Below are positions 22,301-28,200 of a stretch of DNA of 64,000 bases, piece after piece. The stretch is from Thermoanaerobaculia bacterium. Lineage in GTDB: Bacteria > Acidobacteriota > Thermoanaerobaculia > Multivoradales > UBA5704. Under the pieces are notes generated by a model that made no database searches, had not been told where the DNA came from, and worked only from the letters and a program-made list of their open reading frames with translations. The stretch covers positions 782-64,781 of the forward strand of contig DASXXC010000037.1 in NCBI GenBank assembly GCA_036503335.1, written 5' to 3'. A program made the position numbers and the translations under genes. Numbering within the stretch: the stretch's first letter is position 1; each line of letters starts with the position of its first letter.

Positions 22301-25253
22301 CAGTGACTCCTATGGCCAGTCTTCGGGCGCGGGCGGCGGCGTGCAGATCACGGCGGGGACGCTCTCTGGAGCAGGCCTGATCGACGTCTCGGGTGGCGAC
22401 TACCAGACTGTCAACGGGGCTTCCGGCTTCTACGGCGCCAGCGGCGGCGGCGGGCGGGTGGCGCTGACCGTGGGCTCGTTCTCCGGCTTCGATCCGGTCA
22501 CGCAGGTGAAGGCGTGGGGCGGCACGACCTGGAACGGCACCTCGCCGCTGCTCTACGCCGGTCCCGGGACGGTTTTCGTCAAGACTTCCTCCGACACCTA
22601 CGGCCGCCTGATCGTGGACAGCGGCAAGGAGACGAGCGGGGCCGAGCGGGTCGGTCTGCAGACGCCGCTGCCGTCGCTGGGCACGGGAGCGGTGACGGCG
22701 TTCCAGGCGCAGGGCGCGGACGCCTGGGTGAGCGCGAGCGCGGCATTCAAGCAGCAGTGGCTGGGGGCCTGGATGGCGCTGGTGGACGCCTCGGGCGCTT
22801 CGCTCGGCTCGTTCCAGGTGCAATCGATCGATGCCTCCGGCCGGGTGCTGCTGACGGGAGCGGGCGGGGCCACGGGCGCGGCCCAATACCGGGGCCAGTA
22901 CCGGTTCGACCGGCTCGACCTCAAGGGCGGAGCGGGGGTCACCAGCGGTGACGAGCTGATCGTGGGCGACGTCTACGCCGAGTCGAAGGGGCGGCTGCCT
23001 TCGACGCTGACGGCGACGAACGTGACGATCAAGACGGGAGCCTCGCCGGTGACGATCGCCCAGGGCGGGATGCTGAGCCTGACGGTCTCGGGGACGTTGA
23101 CGGTGGAGTCGGGCGCGGTGCTGGACGTGAGCGCTCTGGGCTACGCGGGATCATCGACGTGGACCGTGGCGGGCGGCGCTCCCGCGTGGGTGGCGGGGTC
23201 GCTGTCAGATTCCGGCGGCAGCCATGGCGGGACGGGCCAGGTGAACGGCAACGCGGGACCGGCCGGCGCGGTGTTCGACAGCGTCTATCAGCCGCAGCTC
23301 GGAGGCGGAGCAGGCTCGTTGAGGAGCTCCAACTCCGCGCGGCACGGCGGCAACGGCGGCGGCGTGGTGGCTCTCAACGTGGGCCAGTTGGTGCTCGACG
23401 GCCAGATCTGGTCGAAGGGGGAGCAGCGGACCAGCGACTCCTATGGCCAGTCGTCGGGCGCGGGCGGCAGCGTGCAGATCACGGCGGGGACCCTCTCCGG
23501 GGCGGGCCTGATCGACGTCTCGGGCGGCGACTACCAGGCCGTCTCCTACTACGGCGCCAGCGGCGGTGGCGGGCGGGTGGCGCTGACCGTGGGCTCGTTC
23601 TCCGGCTTCGATCCGGTCACGCAGGTGAAGGCGTGGGGCGGCACGACCTGGAACGGCACCTCGCCGCTGCTCTACGCCGGCCCCGGGACGGTCTTCGTCA
23701 AGACCTCCTCCGATACCTACGGCCGCCTGATCGTGGACAGCGGCAAGGAGACGAGCGGGGCCGAGCGGGTCGGCCCGCAGACGTCGCTGCCTTCTCTGGG
23801 CACGGGAGCGGTGACGGCGTTCCAGGCCCAGGGCGCGGACGCCTGGGTAAGCGCGAGCGCGGCGTTCAAGCAGCAGTGGCTGGGGGCCTGGATGGCGCTG
23901 GTGGACGCCTCGGGCGCTTCGCTCGGCTCGTTCCAGGTGCAATCGATCGACGCCTCCGGCCGGGTGCTGCTGACGGGAGCGGGCGGGGCCACGGGTGCGG
24001 CCCAATACCGAGGCCAGTACCGGTTCGACCGGCTCGACCTCAAGGGCGGAGCGGGGGTCACCAGCGGTGACGAGCTGATCGTGGGCAACGTCTACGCCGA
24101 GTCGAAGGGGCGGCTGCCCGTTTCGCTGACGGCGACGAACCTGACGGTCAAGGCCGGCGCCTCGCCGGTGACGGTGGCGCAGGGCGGGACGCTGAGCCTG
24201 ACGGTCTCGGGGACTTTGACGGTGGAGTCGGGCGCGGTGCTGGACGTGAGCGCTCTGGGCTACGCGGGGTCGACATCGTCGACCGTGGCGGGCGGCGCTC
24301 CCGCGGGGGTGGCGGGCTCGCTGTCGGATTCCGGCGGCAGCCATGGTGGGACGGGCCAGGTGTATGGCAACGTGGGTCCGGCCGGCGCGGTGTTCGACAG
24401 CGTCTATCAGCCGCAGCTCGGAGGCGGAGCAGGCTCGTTGAGGAGCTCCAACTCCGCGCGGCACGGCGGCAACGGCGGCGGCGTGCTGACTCTCAACGTG
24501 GGCCAGTTGGTGCTCAACGGCCAGATCTGGTCGAAGGGAGAGCAGCGGTCCAGTGACTCCTATGGCCAGTCGTCGGGCGCGGGCGGCAGCGTGCTGATCA
24601 CGGTGGGGACGCTCTCCGGGACGGGCCTGATCGACGTCTCGGGTGGCGACTACCAGTCCGCCTCCTACTACGGTGCCAGCGGCGGCGGTGGGCGGGTGGT
24701 GCTGTACGTGGATACGCTGTCGGGCTTCGATCCGGCGACGCAGGTGAAGGCGTGGGGCGGCACGACGTGGAACAACACGACGCCGAGGTCGTACGCCAGC
24801 CCGGGCACGATCTTCGTCAAACTGCCCTCCCAGACCTACGGCAATCTGTATGTCGACCAGGGTGGGATCGTCGCCGGCAAGGCGATCCCCAACACCGTCC
24901 TGCCCACGATCGGCACCGACACTGTCGGCACTGCCACGGCGGACACGCTCACCCCCACCGCGCTGTGGATCACGCCGTCCGGCTCGACGACCAAATTCAG
25001 CCTCGGCGTGATCGGCATGTGGGTGAAAGTCAACAACGTCGAATACCGGGTCGTCGACCAGAGCTCCGACCGGCGGCAGGTCCTGCTCGCCGGCGCCGTG
25101 GGCGCGGTCAATGTGGGAGACGCCTACCGCGGCGTCTACCACTTCAACCAGGTGCTCATCCGCGGTGGGGCCACGCTTCAGTTCCTCGACGACCGCGTGG
25201 TCGACAGCATCACCCTCGACTCCACCTCCCACGTGATTCCGAGCGTGCCATGA
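7371..25253 (+). CDS. giant secreted multidomain protein (5960 aa): CARDB-like, ~13 carboxypeptidase-regulatory-like, SbsA/Big_5-like and other Ig-like domains, eight glycine-rich modules
   Basis: One uninterrupted frame. ATG 7371 is preceded by GGGGAG and followed by a Sec-type signal peptide (MGNRSVCRLLVLLGILLAWPAMAAAG). TVTNTGNVPA is a CARDB-like motif near 8600. There are three Ig-like pairs at about 14212-14800, 18261-18840 and 20035-20660. The stop TGA at 25251-25253 overlaps the next ATG. No family name is recognised for the protein as a whole. Confidence 0.85.
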   Translation: MGNRSVCRLLVLLGILLAWPAMAAAGDLGSAQLLIAGSRLTVSPESQTVPFDTPTIVETHLEGYDTSRGTLPADLRVLADLTGPEVDGVLVLETTPNQPFRIPRLRLQGEYRLDNIRLMQGSTLLAYAAPRSSSVLVTQVLITKVTSRALTLDEIRSYGIVVDDSSFQAFNFTFAFAVAGETVNYNVPVIYQGPASDPAILWEGPNYESSSSWRSSSARFEPPRMAPFQLQLAGKAVDDSNGGCEDPEGDCVKPDVIPIPGVILFPTDISLLHQFFSVVLLAQNGAPAGDRLTIRDLTAKVTLPPGLRQAKTDPPTALGVPVPVRVPGPDGKLGTADDITFLVAQATGQAEVEVEGLSEGTHLVQFDLEGILEGLPGGQISRITGQARGAVIVRDPTLNVTITHPDTVRTDEEYTMLLTVTNTGNVPANQLKVRLPAEKLSGVQVVGESEKTVTVQPGDAEILDFRLRSRRTGRVTATAARSDSSSLSATFDLTVGVGENGIPLSPNAIILPRSTDSLPSDLMRNGLNLIGLGFSLATAPPALLKADQPRLSRALVDGRIYAFAQAGKQVSLGEDLFDSAAVLAAEWTGVRDADWDWDLLRRTTQKGAQVGASLGTIFAAEAAAHSPQEAFDRFAKTTGYLPAMEGALATGAGVTLEVTSRTNGLRLAGDGNDSARLRALPFADLYSLGNAQMALLAVPEEGGYRARVRASVGGPVDLHLLVPGSDGALRMVRWTAVQLSAGGTATVDFRAADSSFTLAVDTQGDGTVDDQIAGSVEVLQRRPFQAIAAVQNVEVDPSGHVVDVLFSADVDPRSLIPSDARKFTIPGKVSNGGSVKAEQDVTDGAGNTVHNPFDGLRNTRIVRVVFNNPLSPYTTQSLTVSGVKSPLGEQVTSATVQVQTTGAQQGTQVAGTVYGSDGLPVPFAQVELRESDPCLFCEEECRTHKTAVVQADAAGHFLFDYVRQTGCSDVYQLKAIDAASGESGTATGRVRFVAQVVQLNVVMLGRGTVRGRVTYDDGTVPPGARVIAESPVFRQGRSASLDANGNYSLSNVAVGTITLSATDGQGRFTVTTLQIPDAGSVVTHDLVILRQPDQPVATGGVRGVIYRPDGTTPVSGAYVALYVDGNLVGVKHSAGDGTFDFGLVPAGRGEVETFEGATGQSGVQVFFDIKPDQVNQVNLVMQDQRGVVQGKVYRKSGSADPVPVFGAVVWAEGTPFQTVTGPDGFYKLEGVYTGTRNISAADPQKKVKVTEAVTVGAEGQVVDRDLYFQDTAVSGIAGQVLGFDGSPVAGATVHLANGDQYWFRTATTDSSGHFLISDLGVGSYGVHAFKGAAGGSQGTTVRFAGDTPFVTIQFKKGAIHGVVRVNTNGTPVGTRAVITYRTTTVRLELVGLDLESHTLETNADGTFDLPDVLAGPYVITATNAFYGSKTVRGTVAGDGTESVEVTFDGTATGTVRGVVLAPDGVTPVSGATVKLRHPSFSIYDLTTGADGSFDFELVPPVAASFPVEVTASDGVIFRQAQAWVQLNKPGQELDLEIVLPKQGSISGQVQDANGTPVPGAVVTLQEGSYPRRNLIVNADAGGNFAYQNVFAGTVTLSAKAPALGGLGGKTTTEITAEGQEVTGVVISLEPTGGIAGLVTSPVDGSAVPSAEVHLMRGGRLFDTVTAGPDGRFEFSLLPLASYDVTAFDPRTGRFGRRLGVAVIANVTAAGDLQLEARGSVTGHLYEAGTTAGVPGGTIRLQAYSITGFTTYSSTDADGVYEFQGIPQGKFDLFGREPVGRRRATGRGEIVSEGQQVTVDLYLDPQAILFGSVLNPIGAADGVFPNANTVIYQDGQIIGATLDSNYSFPGVVVGRPYELYAQEVGGPHQGQVLGTLTQDGQVRVDVRMHPLGSVVINVVDSFGHPVPGAHVDLWDQGFYGDYTHSTRFQGDTGSDNSITFQTVGEGKLSVYVTDPVTGLKGSAGGWLTQEGQIVELNVALQNSAAITGHTVLADGTTPAAQALVAVQAGGLTLTVYTDDAGAFTLSSIPLGSYLLVLEEHLGPGTREARGNLTANGQVLDLGTLVLDTVDPQVVGVTPAPGAVDVSRNATVTVRFSEPMDTVRDFANNMVRLFDAAGNGVATDNVWQDGDTAMLMTPRQPLANASIFQVRVDRSRIFDKAGRQLTQGVQTTFTTADQVPPAVIAVTPANNARQVPLASPVKVTFSEVVNPSTLSGSALQLTDVTAGAGVTTTFLADPTNRTVTVTPATGLVDGHRYQLTVQGVADTVGNAMTVPFSTAFQALDATAPAITVTSPAEGAQATSGDRLTVSADVTDLSAVTGVTLRAGTWVLTKTAAPYSWQIPAPAVTTAGPVSLQVEAVDEWGNRATATRTLQVSPRANANAPQVAILCLPGSVPPGLEMAVPFHASDDESVASYRLLVNGQETASVPLADQASVDSSFLWTVPASAQPGDAFTLRIEATDFAGNVGTAEAAVTVAAGTLLTASRTLDVSFAGQALVLSQGTFTLTAPLRLSALTLTRGARLTAAAGSRLDLTVDGRLDVGCDASIDASKLGFAGGTGQHTAGYAPDGVTGSQGDSGGSHGGVGDQGGATGAPGAVYDGVYQPALGGAGGAFYNNQLGSKAGAGGGVISLTAGELVLEGRIVAQGETRPASSELGGGGAGGAVSVRVTTLRGGGSIEASGGDAGNCSAGAGGGGRVALQAGSLSGFDPGTQVKAWGGTHPGCNGLAAKYAAPGTVYVVDSTSTYGRLIVDAGQAGGADRTGPATELPALGTGAVTAWSVAGADAWVSAAAPFKPEWLGAWMVLKDGSGTALGGGFKVVEIDAQGRARLAGAAAVSGAAAWSGEYRFDSVDLRHGAGLRSTTPVSGQEVLLQGDVAVTGDVTAVNVTVQAGARVHPVTGGTMRFHVGGRMTVESGAVLDVRNLGYAGGEKVHHPAGYGPAGLTTSQPSTGGSHGGAGGAGVSDSGSAGAVFDSVYEPGLGGGGGGVRASSFYGNFGGAGGGLVAIDAAELDLEGQILASGETRPNQEWGGGGAGGTVAVQAGTLRGAGSIDVSGGDASGCGNSGGGGGGGRVALQVQTFAGFDPSAQVKAWGGVRKDCEGTINQAYSFGAAGTIYAADSTSTYGRLILDAGQQNGADRTGVATELPELAGGAVAGFQADGTDAWVTAAAPFQPEWLGAWMTLQDAAGAPLGGGFQVAEIDAQGRARLAGAGGVSGAASYRGEYRFDTVALSHGAGLWSRSPVTAQDMTLAGTATMGDGVSAGSLTVLAGAVVRPVSGQTLHLKTTGTLTVQAGGRLDVTGLGYPGSGHSNVDGGSPSGVQGAQGGAGGGHGGTGATAAGASANGEVYDSLFTPALGGGGGSYAGIYYSLPGVAGGGAVQIEAGTLDLEGEIRARGVDDDDTANAAGAGGAVWITAGALTGAGKIDASGGFARSCFYQRDVGSGGGGRVALSVGAFTGFDPVTQVLAQGGGRYNCDRSSATYAAPGTVFSKLPSQTYGALRVDQGAGATGSPAVASTALPRIGRGTVGAVTAAGSDLWITPADATAKFSLGVPGMWVTAGSADYLVTDESADRRQLRLAGAAGHVAVGDAYHGVYKLDALSVAGGARLVFGNDVATVTGATTVDPSSSIQYADYNAPAVTISQPSATTFTAGDPITAAATASDDVAVSQVTFSLGGSSFTDSQSPYQWSTSAPPVATATDLDLRAEATDSSGNVGVATRTLHIQPLAPTTPPSVSFLYPGAGGLLPVGVGLDLQLQATDDRGVQRVELYVDNGAAPVTVLTAAPYTYHLSAPAGVVDGQILNLRAVAYDYSLQTAEATVSVRVVQGTVISQSQVLSATDTSLDNTTVILSGSAILTVTGSHTFRDLVVLNGTKVTHPATTAAQEYHLDLTIQRDLFVAQGGTIDVSGRGYLGGSGSQRAYGYGNVQTEGANPGIGGSHGGRGGSFDGSGPVYGSFYDPSDPGAGGGASTSYGGASGGGVVRVTVTGNVVIDGTVLANGASGALGAGGAGGSIRLNGAAIRGAGSIQASGTGSSGGTYGGGSGGRIALYAATIDSGLVSRTVAAGAKTPSNSPATWGAAGTVFVKPDSQTFGDLILDNAGTASSQLTELLPVGSGVIDAVSADGLTFTDNEADFRHILGAADAVFNGDLAHPCPIAGNDHHGKSLILKTPLAATCTALPHVNDTYQGLYRFNRLIVRNGAQGIARDTVTLASPNTPEVASGSSWSSGYAPSLQITSPAAGSSFTSGANVPAAVSVTDALGVANVAWSFASQSSTVTSSPYSWTAIAPEVTQATDFQLTATATDLSGNRLTASQTVHVNPAVDPAAPLVTLVSCGASGVPNSVNPGDLVAPGVAIAVPFVAVDDQAVQSYSLVVDGTTVQTVGNLNQASVSASLTWTPPANTAPGTTFNLRVEARDYSGKVGSTTLTLSVPTGTVLTGTQSLTSAVNGQPLILGGGTFTVQQPISPTSLRLLSGARVVGAGLSGATVSINTTPGALIVQCGAVLDMSALGYTGSASATVAGGAPAGVTGSASDSGGSHGGTGQVYGNPGPAGAVFDSVYQPQLGGGGGSLRSTNTGQRHGGNGGGLLILNVGQLVLDGQIWSKGEQRTSDSYGQSSGAGGSVQITAGTLSGSGLIDVSGGDYQSASYYGASGGGGRVALYVGSFSGFDPVTQVKAWGGTTWNNTTARLYAGPGTVFVKTAADTYGRLIVDSGKETGGVERVGPQTPLPSLGTGAVTAFQAQGADAWVSAAAAFNPQWLGAWMALVDASGASLGSFQVQSIDTSGRVKLTGAGGVTGAAQYRGQYRFDRLDLVGGSGVTSGDELIVGNVYAESKGRLPVSLTATNLTVKAGASPVTVAQGGTLSLTVSGTLTVESGAVLDMSALGYAGSASATVAGGAPAGVTGSASDSGGSHGGTGQVYGNPGPAGAVFDSVYQPQLGGGGGSLRSTNTGQRHGGNGGGVVALNVGQLVLDGQIWSKGEQRSSDSYGQSSGAGGGVQITAGTLSGAGLIDVSGGDYQTVNGASGFYGASGGGGRVALTVGSFSGFDPVTQVKAWGGTTWNGTSPLLYAGPGTVFVKTSSDTYGRLIVDSGKETSGAERVGLQTPLPSLGTGAVTAFQAQGADAWVSASAAFKQQWLGAWMALVDASGASLGSFQVQSIDASGRVLLTGAGGATGAAQYRGQYRFDRLDLKGGAGVTSGDELIVGDVYAESKGRLPSTLTATNVTIKTGASPVTIAQGGMLSLTVSGTLTVESGAVLDVSALGYAGSSTWTVAGGAPAWVAGSLSDSGGSHGGTGQVNGNAGPAGAVFDSVYQPQLGGGAGSLRSSNSARHGGNGGGVVALNVGQLVLDGQIWSKGEQRTSDSYGQSSGAGGSVQITAGTLSGAGLIDVSGGDYQAVSYYGASGGGGRVALTVGSFSGFDPVTQVKAWGGTTWNGTSPLLYAGPGTVFVKTSSDTYGRLIVDSGKETSGAERVGPQTSLPSLGTGAVTAFQAQGADAWVSASAAFKQQWLGAWMALVDASGASLGSFQVQSIDASGRVLLTGAGGATGAAQYRGQYRFDRLDLKGGAGVTSGDELIVGNVYAESKGRLPVSLTATNLTVKAGASPVTVAQGGTLSLTVSGTLTVESGAVLDVSALGYAGSTSSTVAGGAPAGVAGSLSDSGGSHGGTGQVYGNVGPAGAVFDSVYQPQLGGGAGSLRSSNSARHGGNGGGVLTLNVGQLVLNGQIWSKGEQRSSDSYGQSSGAGGSVLITVGTLSGTGLIDVSGGDYQSASYYGASGGGGRVVLYVDTLSGFDPATQVKAWGGTTWNNTTPRSYASPGTIFVKLPSQTYGNLYVDQGGIVAGKAIPNTVLPTIGTDTVGTATADTLTPTALWITPSGSTTKFSLGVIGMWVKVNNVEYRVVDQSSDRRQVLLAGAVGAVNVGDAYRGVYHFNQVLIRGGATLQFLDDRVVDSITLDSTSHVIPSVP
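10095..13560 (+). repeat. array of ~13 tandem carboxypeptidase-regulatory-like (transthyretin-like) domains, ~89 aa each
   Basis: Thirteen recurrences of the start motif [VI]xGxVxxxDGxPVxGAxVxL (e.g. VAGTVYGSDGLPVPFAQVEL, VRGRVTYDDGTVPPGARV, ISGQVQDANGTPVPGAVVTL). The repeat is at protein level and divergent at DNA level. Confidence 0.7.
14800..25253 (+). repeat. eight ~370-380-aa glycine-rich modules (predicted beta-solenoid plus beta-sandwich), unnamed family
   Basis: Each module carries LD[VM]xxLGYxG...GGSHGGxG...GGGGRVAL...KAWGG...YGRLI[VL]D...WLGAWM. Modules start near 15000, 16115, 17250, 19065, 20865, 21987, 23121 and 24240. Confidence 0.7.
20856..24800 (+). repeat. near-identical in-frame tandem DNA repeat, period ~1.12 kb, ~3.5 copies
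   Basis: The anchor GAGCGCTCTGGG occurs at 20873, 21995, 23129 and 24248, giving periods of 1122, 1134 and 1119 nt, all multiples of 3. Manual alignment of copies 1 and 2 shows 7 mismatches in the first ~245 nt. Confidence 0.9.
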
Positions 25254-28200
25254 CGAACCGTTCCTTCTCTTCAGGGGCCTTGACCATGAGCCGGCGCCGT
25301 CCTTTCCGTCCGCTGCTGCCCGCCCTCCTGGGGCTGCTCGCGATCCTCGCGAGCCTGGCCCTCTGGGCCCAGACGAACCCGGACACCGATCCGCCGCAGA
25401 TCCACATCCTGGAGAGCGGCGCGGATCTCGCGGACGGGCGCCTGCTCAACCGGGCGGCCACGCCGGTGATCCAGGTAACGGATGCCTCGGCGGTCACCGT
25501 GACCGCGACGCTCGACGGCGCCGCGTTCACCTCCGGCACTACGGTCTCCGCGGAGGGGACGCATCAGCTCGCGGTCACCGCCACCGACGCGGCGGGCAAC
25601 ACCGCCTCGCTCGCGGTGGGCTTCGAGATCGACACCACGCCGCCGGCCTTCGTCTCGGTGCTCCCGGCCAACGACGCGGTGGTTTCGTCAGCCCAGGTGA
25701 CCTTGCAGGGCCAGGTCACCGGCGCGGCCACGGTCACCGTGGACGGCCAGGCGGCCACGCTCTCCGGGCAGAGCTTCACGGCCGGCCCTTATACGCTTTC
25801 CGAGGGGACCCGCACCTGGACGATCGTGGCCGCTGACGCCGCCGGCAACACGGCCACCTGGACGCACCGGATCGTGCTCGATTCACATGCGCCCACGGTG
25901 TCCATCTCCCAGCCCGCGGCGGGGGCGGTGGTGAAGGACGGCGCGGTCGACGTAGTGGGCTCGGCGCAGGACCCGCATCTGGCCGGCGTGACGGTCAACG
26001 GCGTCGCCGCCACCGTCACCGGCACCACCTGGCTGGCGCCGCGCGTGCCGCTGGCGGAGGGGAGCAACACGCTCACGGCTCACGCCGAGGACCGGGCGGG
26101 TAACGCCGCCGAGGCCTCGCGCGCGGTCGTCCGCGACTCCCAACCGCCCGCGCTCGCGATCACCGATCCGGCCTCCGGTACCGTGGTGCCCGGCTCCACG
26201 ATCACCCTGCGCGGCACGGCGAGCGATCCCCATCTGGACCGTGTCGAGGTCAACGGCAGCCGCGCCCAGCTCTCGGCGGGTGTCTGGTCGCTCGCGGTCT
26301 CGCTCACCGAAGGAAACAACGACTTCACCGTCCAGGGCTTCGACAGCGTGGGCAACACCGCCACCGCGACGGTCTCCGTCACCCGCGACAGCCAGGCGCC
26401 GGCGGTCACCATCGAGCAGCCGGCCCAGGGCGCCCACCTCAACGCCCAGAGCGTGACGGTGAGCGGCACGGTGGCGCAGAAGCCGGGGGTCACCGTGACC
26501 GTCAACGGCACCGCCGCCACAGTGACCGGCGGCACGTTCTCGCTGGCCGGCGTCTCCCTGGTCGAAGGGGACAACACGCTGATCGCCCGCGCCAAGGATT
26601 CCGTGGGCAACGAGGGGACCTACACCCGCAAGGTGGTGCGCGACACGGTGGCGCCGACCTTGCTGTCGTCCGACCCCGCGGCGGGGGCCCTGGCCCTGCC
26701 GGTCGACGCGGCCCTGCGGTTGACCTTCTCGGAGGCGATGGCCACGCCGGCGGCCGGAAGCTGGCGGCTGGAGACCGGCGCCGGGCAGTCGATCGCCGCC
26801 ACGGCGAGCCTCGCCGGGGAGGTCCTCACCGTGCAGCCTTCGGCGGCGCTGCCTTCCTCGACCCAGGTACGCCTGGTGCTGACCTCGGCGCTGACCGACC
26901 TCGCCGGCAACCCGCTGGCCTCTCCGCCGACCCTGACCTTCTTCACCGCCGACGTCACCGCGCCCGGCGCGCCGGCTCTCTCGCCCGCGCCGCCCCGTGC
27001 CCTCTGCGCGCCGGTGGTGACGCTCACCGGCACCACGGAGGCCGGAGCGATCGTGCGCGTCCAGGGAGGGGCCGCCGCGGCCGAGGCGCGGGCCAACGAG
27101 ACCGGCAGCTTCTCGGTGGACGTCCAGCTCGTTCCGGATCAGATCAACTTCCTGCGCCTCAACGCGGTCGATCCGAGCGGCAACGTCTCGGACGCGGTGC
27201 AGGTCCAGGTGACCGCCGACTGCCAGCCGCCGCGCGTGCTCTCCGCCGACCGGCAGGGGAGCGCATTCCGGGTCGTCTTCAGCGAGGCGGTCACCGCCGC
27301 CTCGGTGGGCTCGGCGGTCCAGCTTTCGTCCTCGCAAGGGGCGGTCGCGGGGAGCGTCAGCCTGGGGACGGACGGCAAGACGGCGACCTTCACCCCCTCG
27401 GCCTCGCTGCCCGCGGGAGCGCTGCGGCTGGACGTCTCGGCGGACGTGCGCGATCTGGCGGGCAATGCCATGGGCTTCCCCTGGTCGCAGGTGTTCGGTG
27501 CCGAGGGTGGCAGCGGGTTCGTCTCCGGCACGGCGATCGACGACGCGACCGGCCGGCCGCTGGCGGGCGCGCGGGTGGTGGTGATCGCCACCAACGGCAC
27601 CGCGCTGCCCGATCCGAAGCCGGAGCAGGTGACCGGCCCCGACGGCCGTTTCCGCATCCCCGTGCCGGCGGGCACGCACGACCTGACGATCGGCCGCCCC
27701 GGCTACACGCCGAGCTTCCGCGTGGTCACCACCACGGCGGGGCAGGGGATCGACATCTTCGATCCGCGGTTGACCCCGGCCGCGGCGCCCCAGACGATCG
27801 GCGCGGCGGGCGGGGCCGCGGGGACCGCCCCCGCTCCGGTGCTCACCCTGTCGGCCGGCGCACTGGCCGCCAATACGGCCGTCGCCGTCACCCCCTTGAG
27901 CGAGCAGGGCCTCCCCTCGCCGCTCCCTTACGGCTGGTCGCCGCGCGGCGCGGCCTGGGTCGATCTCGCGAACGCCGCCCTGCTGGCGCAATCCACCCTG
28001 AGCCTGCCCGTCGAGTCGCCGGACGGCACCTCGCTGGCCGTCGTCCACCTCGACCTCGCGACCCTGCAGTGGCGGGTGCTGGATACCGCCCAGGCGTCCG
28101 GCGGGAGCGTCTCGATCGCGCTGCCCGCGGCGGCTTCCGGCCTCACCGACGGCGCTTACGCGGCGGTGGAAGCGGACGACGGAGCCACGGCGCCTCCGGC

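Noticed and set aside
20856-24800. Possible CRISPR array or mobile-element repeats
   Set aside because: The period is ~1.12 kb, always a multiple of 3, fully inside one reading frame and encoding a protein module. There are no short repeat/spacer units and no transposase.
24752-25249. Upstream extension of the Rhs ORF (track start 24752)
   Set aside because: This stretch lies inside giant gene 1 in another frame. The signal peptide begins right after ATG 25250/25286, and the ATGA overlap gives a natural coupled start.
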